Source of the DNA: Zoogloea sp.
Lineage (GTDB): Bacteria; Pseudomonadota; Gammaproteobacteria; Burkholderiales; Rhodocyclaceae
Length of the DNA stretch: 64,000 nt
Direction of reading: 5' to 3'
NCBI RefSeq assembly: GCF_041911615.1
Contig: NZ_JAYROR010000089.1
Location: 2,131 to 66,130, forward strand
Positions 32,602 through 42,542 of the stretch are shown in pieces; within the stretch, counting starts at the first letter, position 1, and each line of letters opens with the position of its first letter. The translations under genes were made by a program, and so were the position numbers. The notes beneath the pieces were generated by a model. The model was given only the letters and a program-made list of their open reading frames with translations, did not search any database and was not told the origin of the DNA.

Positions 32602-33813
32602 ATGACAGAAAAGTCAGTCCGTCCGCCGTGCTACGTGCTCGGCATCGAAACCCAGATCGGCCTGAGCCTGGTTCGCGAACTGGGCGAAGCGGGCGTCCCG
32701 GTGATCGGCATCGCCGCCCGGGACGACGCCATCGGGCTGCAGTCCCGTTACCTGACCCACGGCGAAGTGTTGCGCCACCCGCGCACCGACCAGGGCCTGG
32801 CCGAGCTGCGAGCCATCGGCGAAGGTCACGGTGCGGGTTATCTGCTGACCGTCTCGGAGGCCAATACCACCTGGCTCATCGATAACCGCGACCGCCTCGG
32901 GGTGCTGCAGCCGCTGCTGCCGTCGAAGGAGGCCTTCGAGGTGGTGCTCGACAAGGAGCGCACCCTCGAGGTGGCCGAGGCGGTGGGCATCGAGGTGCCG
33001 CAAAGCGCCAACCCGACCTCCTGGGACGAGGTCGAGGCGCTGGCCCGCAGCTTCCCTTTCCCGGCGGTATTGAAGTGGGCCGACCCCAACGGCGTGGCCC
33101 CGGCGCTGCACGCCAAAGGCATCGAGCTGGTCAAGGCCGAGTACGTCTATACCGCCGAGGAGTTCCTGCGCGTGGCCGGGCGCTATCGGCCGGTGGGCGT
33201 CTGGCCGCTGGTGCAGGCGTACTGCGCCGGGGTTGGCCTGGGTCAGTTCTTCTTCATGCACCGGGGCAAGGCGGTGCGGCGCTTCCAGCATCTGCGGGTG
33301 GCCGAGTGGCCGCCCGAGGGTGGGTTTTCGAGCGTCTGCGACGCGGTGCCGCTGGAGCGCTTCCGCGAATTGCAGGCGCTGTCGATCCGTCTGCTCCAGG
33401 CGATCGGCTGGGAGGGCGTGGCGATGGTCGAATACCGCTACGATCCGGCGAGTGGGCGGGCCGTGCTGATGGAAGTGAACGGCCGCTTCTGGGGAAGCTT
33501 CCCGCTGGCGATGTACTGCGGGGCGGGCTTCGGTCTGCTCGCCTACAGCCTGCAGGGGCAGGGCTTGATGCCCGAGCTGCCGCCGCTGCGCGAGAACCTG
33601 CGCTGCCGCATGGTGGCGACCGAGATCAAGCGCCTGAAGCGCATCCTGCTCGAGCCGGGGCAGATCCGCGACCGCAGTTTCCGCGTCCGGCCGGTGCGCG
33701 AGGTGTTGCGTTTCGCGGTGGATTTCCTGCGCCCGTCGGTGCGCTACTACGTCTGGAGCCTGCGCGACATCAAGCCCTTCTTCCGCGACGTGAAGAACGC
33801 GCTGGGCATCTGA
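32602..33813 (+). CDS. ATP-grasp carboxylate-amine ligase family protein
   Basis: LDKERTLEVAEAVGIEVP, FPAVLK, LVQAYCAG, GVAMVEYR, LMEVNGRFWGS. Confidence 0.85.
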   Translation: MTEKSVRPPCYVLGIETQIGLSLVRELGEAGVPVIGIAARDDAIGLQSRYLTHGEVLRHPRTDQGLAELRAIGEGHGAGYLLTVSEANTTWLIDNRDRLGVLQPLLPSKEAFEVVLDKERTLEVAEAVGIEVPQSANPTSWDEVEALARSFPFPAVLKWADPNGVAPALHAKGIELVKAEYVYTAEEFLRVAGRYRPVGVWPLVQAYCAGVGLGQFFFMHRGKAVRRFQHLRVAEWPPEGGFSSVCDAVPLERFRELQALSIRLLQAIGWEGVAMVEYRYDPASGRAVLMEVNGRFWGSFPLAMYCGAGFGLLAYSLQGQGLMPELPPLRENLRCRMVATEIKRLKRILLEPGQIRDRSFRVRPVREVLRFAVDFLRPSVRYYVWSLRDIKPFFRDVKNALGI

Positions 33814-33852
33814 CCCGGCGTCGGCCGCCATCCGGCCGGGCGTGAACGAAAC

Positions 33853-33882
33853 CAGCCGGGCGCGCGCCCGGCTGTTTTCGTT
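33853..33882. terminator. Intrinsic terminator (probably bidirectional)
   Basis: CAGCCGGGC-GCGC-GCCCGGCTG followed by TTTTCGTTT, between convergent genes. Confidence 0.75.
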
Positions 33883-33913
33883 TCAGGGGCGCCGTGGCCC
33901 TTGCTTGGTGGGA

Positions 33914-34462
33914 TCAGCGTCCGAAATGGGCCTTGACGCGCGCGACGCACTGGTCCTTGGCGTCGCCGGCGAGGGCGTCGCACTTTTCCTTTTCGGTGGC
34001 GTAGGCCGCGTCGTTCTTGGCCTCGGCGGCGTCATGCCAGGCTTCCTGGGTCTTCAGGCGGGCCTTGGCGTCTTCCTGGGCGTGCACGTAGGCTTCCTTG
34101 GCTTCCTTCTTGCACACGTCCTTGGCGTTGCCGGTCTTGTCGTCGCACATTTCCTTGGCGAGCTTGTAGTCCGCTTCGGCGATTTCCTTGCGGGCGTCGT
34201 AGGCCGCGGCTGCGGTGCCCTTGGCGCGGGCGTGGGCACTTTCGACCGTGCGGGTGCGCTCGGCCTTGGCCTTCAGCTTGCACACGTCGGCGCCGTTGCC
34301 GGAGAGCTTGGCGCATTCCTTCAGGGCGGCGTCGTAGGTCTGCTCGGCCTGCTGCTTGGTGGCGTCGTAGGGGGCGGTGCTGCTCGCCGCGAAGGCGGGA
34401 GCGGCCGTCAGGGCGGCGACGGCGAAGGCGGGCAGGATGCGGCGGGCGAAGTGGGAAATCAT
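33914..34462 (-). CDS. Secreted Ala/Lys-rich helical protein with three C-x10-C repeats
   Basis: Signal peptide ending PAFA; repeats CAKLSGNGADVC, CDDKTGNAKDVC, CDALAGDAKDQC; strong codon bias. Confidence 0.8.
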   Translation of the reverse strand: MISHFARRILPAFAVAALTAAPAFAASSTAPYDATKQQAEQTYDAALKECAKLSGNGADVCKLKAKAERTRTVESAHARAKGTAAAAYDARKEIAEADYKLAKEMCDDKTGNAKDVCKKEAKEAYVHAQEDAKARLKTQEAWHDAAEAKNDAAYATEKEKCDALAGDAKDQCVARVKAHFGR

Positions 34463-34706
34463 GGCGTTGCTCCTTGTCGTGTTGGCTGAGGTCGGTGGCG
34501 CGGTGTCGCGGCGGGGGGCCGGCGGCTGCGTCACTGGCTGTCAGATTACGGATCGGCGCGGGTCGCCACCGCCGGCGTGCGCCTACAGCCCCTGCCGGGG
34601 AAGGCCGAAAAGCGCGTAAGCCGATGCCTACGCGTGGTGGGCGGACGCCGGACGTGAAAACGGCCAGCCCAAGGGCCGGCCGTTGCGGAGCCGCGAAGCG
34701 CAGGCT

Positions 34707-37469
34707 TCAGCCGCTGTTGCGCAGGCCCGCGGCGACGCCGTTGATCGACAGCAGGATACCGCGCCGCACGCGCTCGTCCTGGTGACCGTCGCGGTAGCGG
34801 TGGAGGAGTTCGACCTGCACGTGGTTGAGCGGATCGAGGTACGGGAAGCGGTTGTGGATCGAGCGCTTGAGGAGCGGGTTGGCGTCGAGCAGCGCGCCCT
34901 GGCCGGAGATGGTGAGCAGGGCCTGCAGGGTGTCGGCGTGTTCCTGCTCGATGCGCGGGAAGATCGCCTCGCGCAGCGCGCCGTCCTTCACCAGATCGGC
35001 GTAGCGGCTGGCGATGGCGATGTCGCTCTTGGCGAGCACCATGTCCATGTTGGAGAGCAGGGTGGCGAAGAACGACCATTCCTTGTGCATCGCCTTGAGG
35101 CGCGCGAGGCCGGCGTCGCCGTGCTTCGCCAGGTAGGCCTGCACCGCGGAACCGAAGCCGTACCAGCCCGGCAGCATCAGCCGGCACTGGGCCCAGCTGA
35201 ACACCCACGGGATCGCCCGCAGGTCTTCGATGGCCGTCGACTTTTTGCGCGAGGCGGGGCGGCTGCCGATGTTGAGGGCGGCGATTTCGGAGATCACGGT
35301 GGATTCCCAGAAATAGCGCTCGAAGCCGTCGGTCTCGTAGACCAGGTTGCGGTAGGCCTTGAAGGCGCCGTCGGAGAGCTCGTCCATCGCCTCGAGGTAT
35401 TCGGGGCGCGGGGCCGGGTCGCGCGGGGCGAAGAGGGTGGCTTCGAGCGTGGCGGCGGCGAGCACCTCCAGGTTGCGGCGGCCGACTTCCGGGTTGGCGT
35501 ACTTGGAGGCAATCACCTCGCCCTGCTCGGTGAGGCGGATCTGGCCTTGCACGGCGCCGCCCGGCTGGGCCAGGATCGCCTGGTAGCTGGGGCCGCCGCC
35601 GCGGCCGACCGAGCCGCCGCGGCCGTGGAACAGGCGCAGGCGCACGTTGTGGCGGGCGAAGGTGTCCACGAGGCCGATCTCGGCCTTGTAGAGCTCCCAG
35701 CCGGAGGTGAGGAAGCCGCCGTCCTTGTTGCTGTCGGAGTAGCCGAGCATCACTTCCTGCTCCCGCTTGCGGGATTCCAGCAGCGCCATGTAGGCGGGGA
35801 TGGCGAACAGCCGGTCCATCACGCCAGCGGCGTTCTGCAGGTCGCCGATGGTCTCGAAGAGCGGGATGATGTTCACGTCGAGCACGCCTTCGGCCGGGCG
35901 CAGCAGGCCGGCTTCCTTGGCGAGCACGGCGACCTCCAGCAGGTCGGAGACGTCGTCGGTCTTGGAGATGATGCAGTTGGGCACCGCGGCCTTGCCGTAG
36001 CGCAGGTGGGCGGCGCGGGCGGCGCGGAAGATCGCCAGCTCGCCGCGGGTCTCGTCGGAGTAATCGAGCCACGGCGAGGCGAGCAGGCGCGGGCTGGCGA
36101 GCTCATCGAGCAGCATCTCGACGCGGCCGGCCTCGTCGAGCGCGAGGTAGTCGCGGGCGGGGTCGATGGACTTGATGAGTTCGGCCACCACGCGTTCATG
36201 CACGTCGGAGTTCTGGCGCAGGTCGATGGGCGCCAGATGGAAGCCGAACACCGACACCGCCCGGCGCAGCAGGCGCAGGCGGCCGCGGGCGAGGCTGCCC
36301 AGGCCGTTGGCGGTGAGGGAGCGGTGGATCACCTCCAACTCGTCGGCCAGCGCCTCGGGGCTGTCGTAGGGCGCGGCCGGGGCAACGGCGTGGCGCGGCG
36401 GCTGGTGGCCGAGCAGGCGCGCGTAGGTGGCGGCGAGGCGCGCATACACGCCGGTGAGCGCGCGCCGGTAGGGCTCGTCGGCGCGGTGCGGCGAGCCGTC
36501 CGGCGAGGCTTCGGCGAGGCGCAGCAGCGCGTCGGAGGCGCTCACCAGGCCCTGGGCGATGGACAGCTGCGAGCCCAGGGTGTGCACCTCGTCCATGTAG
36601 AAGGTGAGGACCTTCTCGGCCTGCACGGCGAGCGCCTTTTCGAGGATTTCGGCGGTGACGAAGGGGTTGCCGTCCCGGTCGCCGCCGATCCAGCTGCCCA
36701 CCTTCATGAAGTTGGGCAGCTCCAGCGCGCCCCAGCTACGGTCGTGGGCGGCGAGGCGGTCCTCGACGCCGGCGTAAAGACGCGGCAGCTCGCGCAGGAA
36801 GGTGTAGTCGAAGTACGACAGGCCGTTGGTGACTTCGTCCATCACCGACAGCTTCTCGGTGCGCAGCATCCGCGTCTGCCACAGGGTGAGCACGGCACGG
36901 CGCAGCGCTTCGTCGTTGGCGTCCTGCTCCTCGGGCGTGAGCTGCATGCGGTCGCGCTCGTCGAGCAGGCGGGCGATCGCCATCTGGCAGTTGAGGATGC
37001 TCTTGCGCTGCACTTCGGTCGGGTGGGCGGTGAGCACCGGCACCACGTTGGCGGTTTCGAAGAAGGCGGACAGCTCCGGCGCCGCCATGCCGGCGTCGAA
37101 GGCGCGCTGCAGGGCGTGGGCGAGGCTGCCCTCGCGCGGCGCGGAGCCGGCGATCTGGTGGGCGCGGGAGCGGCGGATGTGGTGCTGGTCCTCGGCGATG
37201 TTGGCCAGGTGCGAGAAGTAGCTGAAGGCCCGCACCACGTCGATGGTCTGGTCGCGGGAGAGGGAGTCCAGCGTGGCTTCGAGTTCGCGGCGGGCGGCGT
37301 GGTCTTCGTGGCGGCGGAAGCGGATCGAGCACTGGCGGATCGCCTCGACCAGATCGAACACGGCCTCGCCCTCCTGGGCGCGCACGGTGTCGCCGAGAAT
37401 GCGGCCGAGCAGGCGGATGTCGTCGCGCAGGGGGAGGTCTTTGTCGTCGCTCTTGTTGTGTTCGCTCAT
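34707..37469 (-). CDS. ppc: Phosphoenolpyruvate carboxylase
   Basis: [60 protein letters not shown]. Confidence 0.98.
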   Translation of the reverse strand: MSEHNKSDDKDLPLRDDIRLLGRILGDTVRAQEGEAVFDLVEAIRQCSIRFRRHEDHAARRELEATLDSLSRDQTIDVVRAFSYFSHLANIAEDQHHIRRSRAHQIAGSAPREGSLAHALQRAFDAGMAAPELSAFFETANVVPVLTAHPTEVQRKSILNCQMAIARLLDERDRMQLTPEEQDANDEALRRAVLTLWQTRMLRTEKLSVMDEVTNGLSYFDYTFLRELPRLYAGVEDRLAAHDRSWGALELPNFMKVGSWIGGDRDGNPFVTAEILEKALAVQAEKVLTFYMDEVHTLGSQLSIAQGLVSASDALLRLAEASPDGSPHRADEPYRRALTGVYARLAATYARLLGHQPPRHAVAPAAPYDSPEALADELEVIHRSLTANGLGSLARGRLRLLRRAVSVFGFHLAPIDLRQNSDVHERVVAELIKSIDPARDYLALDEAGRVEMLLDELASPRLLASPWLDYSDETRGELAIFRAARAAHLRYGKAAVPNCIISKTDDVSDLLEVAVLAKEAGLLRPAEGVLDVNIIPLFETIGDLQNAAGVMDRLFAIPAYMALLESRKREQEVMLGYSDSNKDGGFLTSGWELYKAEIGLVDTFARHNVRLRLFHGRGGSVGRGGGPSYQAILAQPGGAVQGQIRLTEQGEVIASKYANPEVGRRNLEVLAAATLEATLFAPRDPAPRPEYLEAMDELSDGAFKAYRNLVYETDGFERYFWESTVISEIAALNIGSRPASRKKSTAIEDLRAIPWVFSWAQCRLMLPGWYGFGSAVQAYLAKHGDAGLARLKAMHKEWSFFATLLSNMDMVLAKSDIAIASRYADLVKDGALREAIFPRIEQEHADTLQALLTISGQGALLDANPLLKRSIHNRFPYLDPLNHVQVELLHRYRDGHQDERVRRGILLSINGVAAGLRNSG

Positions 37470-37659
37470 CGGAAATCCTGTCCAGTCGGTTGCGGTCGGC
37501 GCGGGAGGCGCAGCAGGGGGCCATGCTAGAATCCCGGCCCGGATGCCCGCCATAGGTGGCTACCCTGATGCTGCACTGCAGAAGCCGCAGATTGCCGCCC
37601 GAGCCCGCCGCTGTCCATCCTCGCGTCACCACCATCAACCCTTGCCGAGCCCGAATACC

Positions 37660-38589
37660 GTGAGCGCCCCTACGCCCGACCGCATCGTCATCGCCACCCG
37701 TGAAAGCCGCCTCGCCCTGTGGCAGGCCGAGCACGTCAAGGCCCGCCTCGAAGCCCTCTACCCGTCCTGCAAGGTCGAACTGCTGGGCATGACCACCCGC
37801 GGCGACCAGATCCTCGACCGGCCGCTGGCCAAGGTCGGCGGCAAGGGCCTGTTCGTCAAGGAACTCGAAACCGCGCTCCTCGACCGCGCCGCCGACATCG
37901 CCGTGCATTCGATGAAGGACGTGCCGATGACCCTCGCGCCCGAGTTCGCGCTGGTGGCCATCGCCGAGCGCGAGGTGCCGCTCGACGCCTTCGTCTCCAA
38001 CAAGTACGAGAGCCTCGACGACATGCCACCGGGCGCCGTGGTGGGCACCTCCAGCCTGCGCCGCGAATCCCAGATCCACGCCCAGTACCCGATGCTGGCC
38101 GTCACCAGCCTGCGCGGCAACCTCGACACCCGCCTGCGCAAGCTCGACGAAGGCCAGTACGACGCGATCATCCTCGCCGCCGCCGGCCTGACCCGCCTGG
38201 GCCTCGCCAGCCGCATCCGCGCCACGCTGTCGTCCGACGTGTCCCTGCCGGCCGCCGGCCAGGGTGCGCTGGGCATCGAGGCGCTGTCCGACCGGCCCGA
38301 AGTCGCTGCTTGGATCGCCCCGCTCGCCGACGCCAACTCCGCTGCCTGCGTCCGCGCCGAGCGCGCCACCTCCCGCGCCCTGGCCGGCAGCTGCGAAGTG
38401 CCGCTGGGCGCCTACGCCGAAGTGAAGGACGGCGAACTGTGGCTGCGCGGCTTCGTCGCCCTGCCCGACGGCTCGCGCATCGCCCGCGCCGAGCGCCGCG
38501 GCCCGATCGACCAGCCCGAAGCCCTCGGCCTCGCGCTGGCCGAAGACCTGCGCGCCGACGGCGCCGACGACATCCTCGCCGGCCTGTAA
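37660..38589 (+). CDS. hemC: Porphobilinogen deaminase
   Basis: [46 protein letters not shown] start. Confidence 0.98.
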   Translation: MSAPTPDRIVIATRESRLALWQAEHVKARLEALYPSCKVELLGMTTRGDQILDRPLAKVGGKGLFVKELETALLDRAADIAVHSMKDVPMTLAPEFALVAIAEREVPLDAFVSNKYESLDDMPPGAVVGTSSLRRESQIHAQYPMLAVTSLRGNLDTRLRKLDEGQYDAIILAAAGLTRLGLASRIRATLSSDVSLPAAGQGALGIEALSDRPEVAAWIAPLADANSAACVRAERATSRALAGSCEVPLGAYAEVKDGELWLRGFVALPDGSRIARAERRGPIDQPEALGLALAEDLRADGADDILAGL

Positions 38590-38598
38590 GCCCGCGAC

Positions 38599-39390
38599 AT
38601 GGCCGGCCAGCCGCTCGCCGGGCGCAGCGTCGTCGTCACCCGTCCAGCCGGGCAGGCCGATGCGCTGTGCGCGGCGCTGGCCGCGCTGGGCGCCGAGCCG
38701 TTGCGCTTTCCGCTGCTCACCATCGCGCCCGTGGCCGATCCGGCGCCGCTGGTGGCGATGGCGCGTCGCCTCGCCGATTTCTCCCTCGCCTTCTTCGTCA
38801 GTCCCAACGCCGTCCAGTTCGCCCTCGACGCCATGCTGCCGGTGGCGCCGTGGCCCGCTTCGACGCGTGTCGCCACCGTCGGCAAGGGCAGTGAGGCGGC
38901 GTTGGCGGCACGCGGTTTCGCCGACGTGATCGCGCCCCAGTACGGCTTCGACAGCGAAGCGGTGCTCGCCCTGCCGGCCTTCCAGCCTGCCGCCGTGGCA
39001 GGCCGGCGCGTGCTGATCCTGCGTGGCGACGGTGGTCGCGACCTGCTCGGTGACACCCTGGTCCGTCGCGGCGCCACCGTCGAATACCTCACCTGCTACC
39101 ACCGTGGCGGCCCGGTGGACGACCCGGCGCCCCTCGTCGCCCGTGCCCGCCGCGGCCGCCTCGACGCCCTGACCCTCACCAGCAGCGAGGGCGTCGGTCA
39201 TCTGCTCGCCCTGCCAGGTGTCGAGGCGCTGCGCTCGGTGCCGGTGTTCGCGCCCCATCCGCGCATCGCCGCCGCCGCCCGCGACGCCGGATTCGCCACC
39301 GTCATCGCCACCGACGCCGCCGACCGGGGCCTGCTCGACGGCCTCGTCGCCCATTTTTCCGCGCCCAACCTCAAGGCCCATCCGGGTTAA
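38599..39390 (+). CDS. hemD: Uroporphyrinogen-III synthase
   Basis: VVTRP, FVSPNAV, VGKGS, DSEAVL, LRGDGGRD, TSSEG. Confidence 0.95.
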   Translation: MAGQPLAGRSVVVTRPAGQADALCAALAALGAEPLRFPLLTIAPVADPAPLVAMARRLADFSLAFFVSPNAVQFALDAMLPVAPWPASTRVATVGKGSEAALAARGFADVIAPQYGFDSEAVLALPAFQPAAVAGRRVLILRGDGGRDLLGDTLVRRGATVEYLTCYHRGGPVDDPAPLVARARRGRLDALTLTSSEGVGHLLALPGVEALRSVPVFAPHPRIAAAARDAGFATVIATDAADRGLLDGLVAHFSAPNLKAHPG

Positions 39391-39399
39391 ACTCCACCC

Positions 39400-40488
39400 A
39401 TGAGCAGCGAAAACCCCAGCCTCCCGCCCCCCGATTCCGCCCGGCCGGCGCCTGCGCCGTCGGCGTGGCGTCGTCCTTCCGCCTTCATCGCCGCCGCCGC
39501 GCTGGCCCTGCTCGGCTGGCAGTGGCTCGAAACCCGTGGCCGTGTCGCCGACATGCAGGAAGACCTGGCGCGCCGCCTCGCCGACAGCGACACCGTCGCC
39601 AAGGAAAGCCGCGCGCTGGCCAAGCAGGCCCAGGAAAACCTCCAGGACCTGCAAGGCAAGGTCGGCGCCCTCGAGGCCCGCTTCTCCGAATCCCAGGGGC
39701 AGCAGGTGGCCCTGGAGGCGATGTACCAGGAATTCTCCCGGTCCCGCGACGATCGCCTGCTCGCCGAGGTCGAACAGGCGATCGTCATCGCCGCCCAGCA
39801 GCTTCAACTGGCTGGCAACGTGCAGGCCGCGCTGTTCGCCCTGCAGACCGCCGAGGCGCGCCTCGGCAGCGTCGACCGGCCCCACTGGCTGCCGCTGCGC
39901 AAGGCCATCTCGGGCGACCTGGACGCCCTCAAGGCGTTGCCCCAGGTCGATGCGGCCAGCGTCGCGCTCAAGCTCGAGAGCCTGATCGGCCGCCTCGACA
40001 CCTTGCCCCTGGCCTTCGAGGCCAAGCCGCGCGCCGAGGCCACCAAGGCCGACGAGCCGCCGCCGTCCTGGGCCCGGCGCCTGTGGCTGGATTTCTGGAC
40101 CGAGTTCAGCCAGCTGGTGCGCGTCGAGCGCATGGATCGCCCCGATCCGGCGCTGCTCGCGCCGAGCAATGCGGTGTTCCTGCGCGAGAACCTCAAGCTG
40201 CGCCTCATGAACGCCCGTCTGGCCCTGCTCTCCCGTGACGGCAACACCTTCCGCGAAGACGTGCGCATCTCGGCCGACTGGCTGGCACGTTACTTCGACG
40301 TCAAGAACGCCGGTGTCGGCGCCGCCCGCGACGATCTCGCCGAGCTCCAGAAAACGCCGGTCGGCGTCGATCTGCCCAATCTCCAGGCCAGCCTCACCGC
40401 CCTGCACAGCCTGCAGTCGGTGCCCGAGCGGCGCATCGACGCGCCCGCGCCCGACAAGCCCGTCGCCGCCCCGGCGAAGAAGAACTGA
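39400..40488 (+). CDS. hemX: HemX family protein
   Basis: N-terminal TM, coiled coil, LAEVEQ-x5-QQL, FLRENLKLRL-x2-ARLALL; hemCDXY order. Confidence 0.9.
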   Translation: MSSENPSLPPPDSARPAPAPSAWRRPSAFIAAAALALLGWQWLETRGRVADMQEDLARRLADSDTVAKESRALAKQAQENLQDLQGKVGALEARFSESQGQQVALEAMYQEFSRSRDDRLLAEVEQAIVIAAQQLQLAGNVQAALFALQTAEARLGSVDRPHWLPLRKAISGDLDALKALPQVDAASVALKLESLIGRLDTLPLAFEAKPRAEATKADEPPPSWARRLWLDFWTEFSQLVRVERMDRPDPALLAPSNAVFLRENLKLRLMNARLALLSRDGNTFREDVRISADWLARYFDVKNAGVGAARDDLAELQKTPVGVDLPNLQASLTALHSLQSVPERRIDAPAPDKPVAAPAKKN

Positions 40489-40496
40489 GGCCGGCC

Positions 40497-41672
40497 ATGC
40501 GCGGATTGCTGTGGTTGCTCGGCCTTTTCGCCCTCGCCGCCGCCCTGGCGGTGGCCGGCCGTTACAACGAGGGCTACGCCCTGCTGGTGTGGCCGCCGTA
40601 TCGGGTCCAGATTTCCCTCAACCTGCTGATCGTGCTGCTGGTGGGCGGCTTCGCGGCGCTGTACGCGCTGTCGCGGCTGGTCTCGCGAACCCTCGCGCTA
40701 CCCCGCGCGGTGCAGCAGTTCCGGGCCCGCAAGGGGCGCGAGCGGGCGGCTCAGGCGATCTACGACGCCGTCCGCCTGCGCATCGAGGGGCGCTTCGGGC
40801 AGGCGCTCAAGCAGGCCACCGCCGCCTATGAGGCCGGCGAGTCGCCCGGGCTCGCGGCCCTGCTGGCGGCCCGCGCGGCCCATTCGCTGCGCGACGAGAC
40901 GCGCTACCGATACTGGCTCGGCAAGGTGGCCGAGCACGACGCCGAGATGCGCCTGGCGCGGCTGATGACCGAAGCCAAGCTCGCCGTCGAGGAGCGCCGC
41001 TTCGACGAGGCCGCGGAGCGCATCGACGAACTCAATGCGGGTGGCCAGCGCCACATCGCCGCGCTGCGTCTTGCCCTGCGCACGGCCCAGGCCCGCGGCA
41101 ACTGGGCCGAGGCGGTGCGCGTGGTGCGCCAGCTGGTCAAGGTCAAGGCGCTCACCGTCGAGCAGGCCGAGCCGGTCAAGCGCCGCGCCCACCAGGAAGG
41201 CCTGCGCCAGCGCGCCGGCGACGCCCAGGCGCTCGCCGCCTACTGGCAGGAGGTGCCCCGCGACGAGCAGCGCGATGCCCGCCTCGTCGCAGCCCTGGCC
41301 CGCGCGCTGATCGCTGCGGACGACGGCGACGCCGCCCAGAAGATCATCGAAACGCAGCTCGCCTTCGGTTGGGATTCCGTGCTTGCGGGCATTTACGGGC
41401 GTTGCGAGGGCGGTGACGTGCGCAGTCGTCTGGCCCACGCCGAGGACTGGCTCAAGCAGGAACCTCGCGATCCCCAGTTGCTGCTGACCCTCGGCCGCCT
41501 GTGCGTGCAGTCGCAGCTATGGGGCAAGGCCGAGAGTTACCTCGAGGCTGCGCTGGCCGTCGAGCCGGGCTGGGAGGCCCACGTCGAGCTGGCCCACCTG
41601 GCCGAACGCGTCGGGCGCACCGACGATGCCAACCGTCATTACCGGGCGGCGGCCGAACTCTCCCGGCGCTGA
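40497..41672 (+). CDS. hemY: HemY family TPR membrane protein (proteobacterial type)
   Basis: N-terminal TMs, EGRF, TPR-like helices, LLLTLGRLC-x4-LWGKA. Confidence 0.9.
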   Translation: MRGLLWLLGLFALAAALAVAGRYNEGYALLVWPPYRVQISLNLLIVLLVGGFAALYALSRLVSRTLALPRAVQQFRARKGRERAAQAIYDAVRLRIEGRFGQALKQATAAYEAGESPGLAALLAARAAHSLRDETRYRYWLGKVAEHDAEMRLARLMTEAKLAVEERRFDEAAERIDELNAGGQRHIAALRLALRTAQARGNWAEAVRVVRQLVKVKALTVEQAEPVKRRAHQEGLRQRAGDAQALAAYWQEVPRDEQRDARLVAALARALIAADDGDAAQKIIETQLAFGWDSVLAGIYGRCEGGDVRSRLAHAEDWLKQEPRDPQLLLTLGRLCVQSQLWGKAESYLEAALAVEPGWEAHVELAHLAERVGRTDDANRHYRAAAELSRR

Positions 41673-41778
41673 TGTCGCCGCGTCGGCAGATTGCAGGGAC
41701 GGCGGAAGCGGCCCGTCTTCCCTGTTTCAAATTAGCGGAATAACATAGTCCGCTCGGGGTTCGCTCAGCGCTGGGTTG

Positions 41779-41844
41779 ATAGCTTCAGACAATCCATATC
41801 ATTTCATCAATCAATTTGAACGATATGATGCGCGGCCCTATCAT
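41779..41844 (+). promoter_or_regulatory. OxyR site and sigma70 promoter of ahpC
   Basis: ATAG-N7-CAAT-N7-ATTT-N7-CAAT (41779-41815) abuts TTGAAC-N17-TATCAT. Confidence 0.8.
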
Positions 41845-41880
41845 GTGGCTTTCCCATCCCAACCAGTGAAGGAAACATCA

Positions 41881-42444
<564 letters not shown>

Positions 42445-42455
42445 GCCGCGCCCAG

Positions 42456-42508
42456 GCAGCTTCGCTGCTTTTTCAGACGCCCGGGCGCCCTCTGGCCCCG
42501 GGCGTTTT
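42456..42508 (+). terminator. Two tandem terminator-like hairpins between ahpC and ahpF
   Basis: GCAGC-TTC-GCTGC-T5 then ACGCCCGGG-N11-CCCGGGCGT-TTT. Confidence 0.55.
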
Positions 42509-42542
42509 CACATTCACGAACCGGTAGTTGGAAGGATCCGTC

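Noticed and set aside
36736-40407. 1223-aa antisense ORF across ppc/hemCDX
   Set aside because: Shadow frame of GC-rich genes; no recognisable motifs, and it overlaps confident genes.
40497-41672. Protoporphyrinogen oxidase (Bacillus-type HemY)
   Set aside because: No FAD-binding GxGxxG motif; this is the TPR membrane HemY of hemCDXY.
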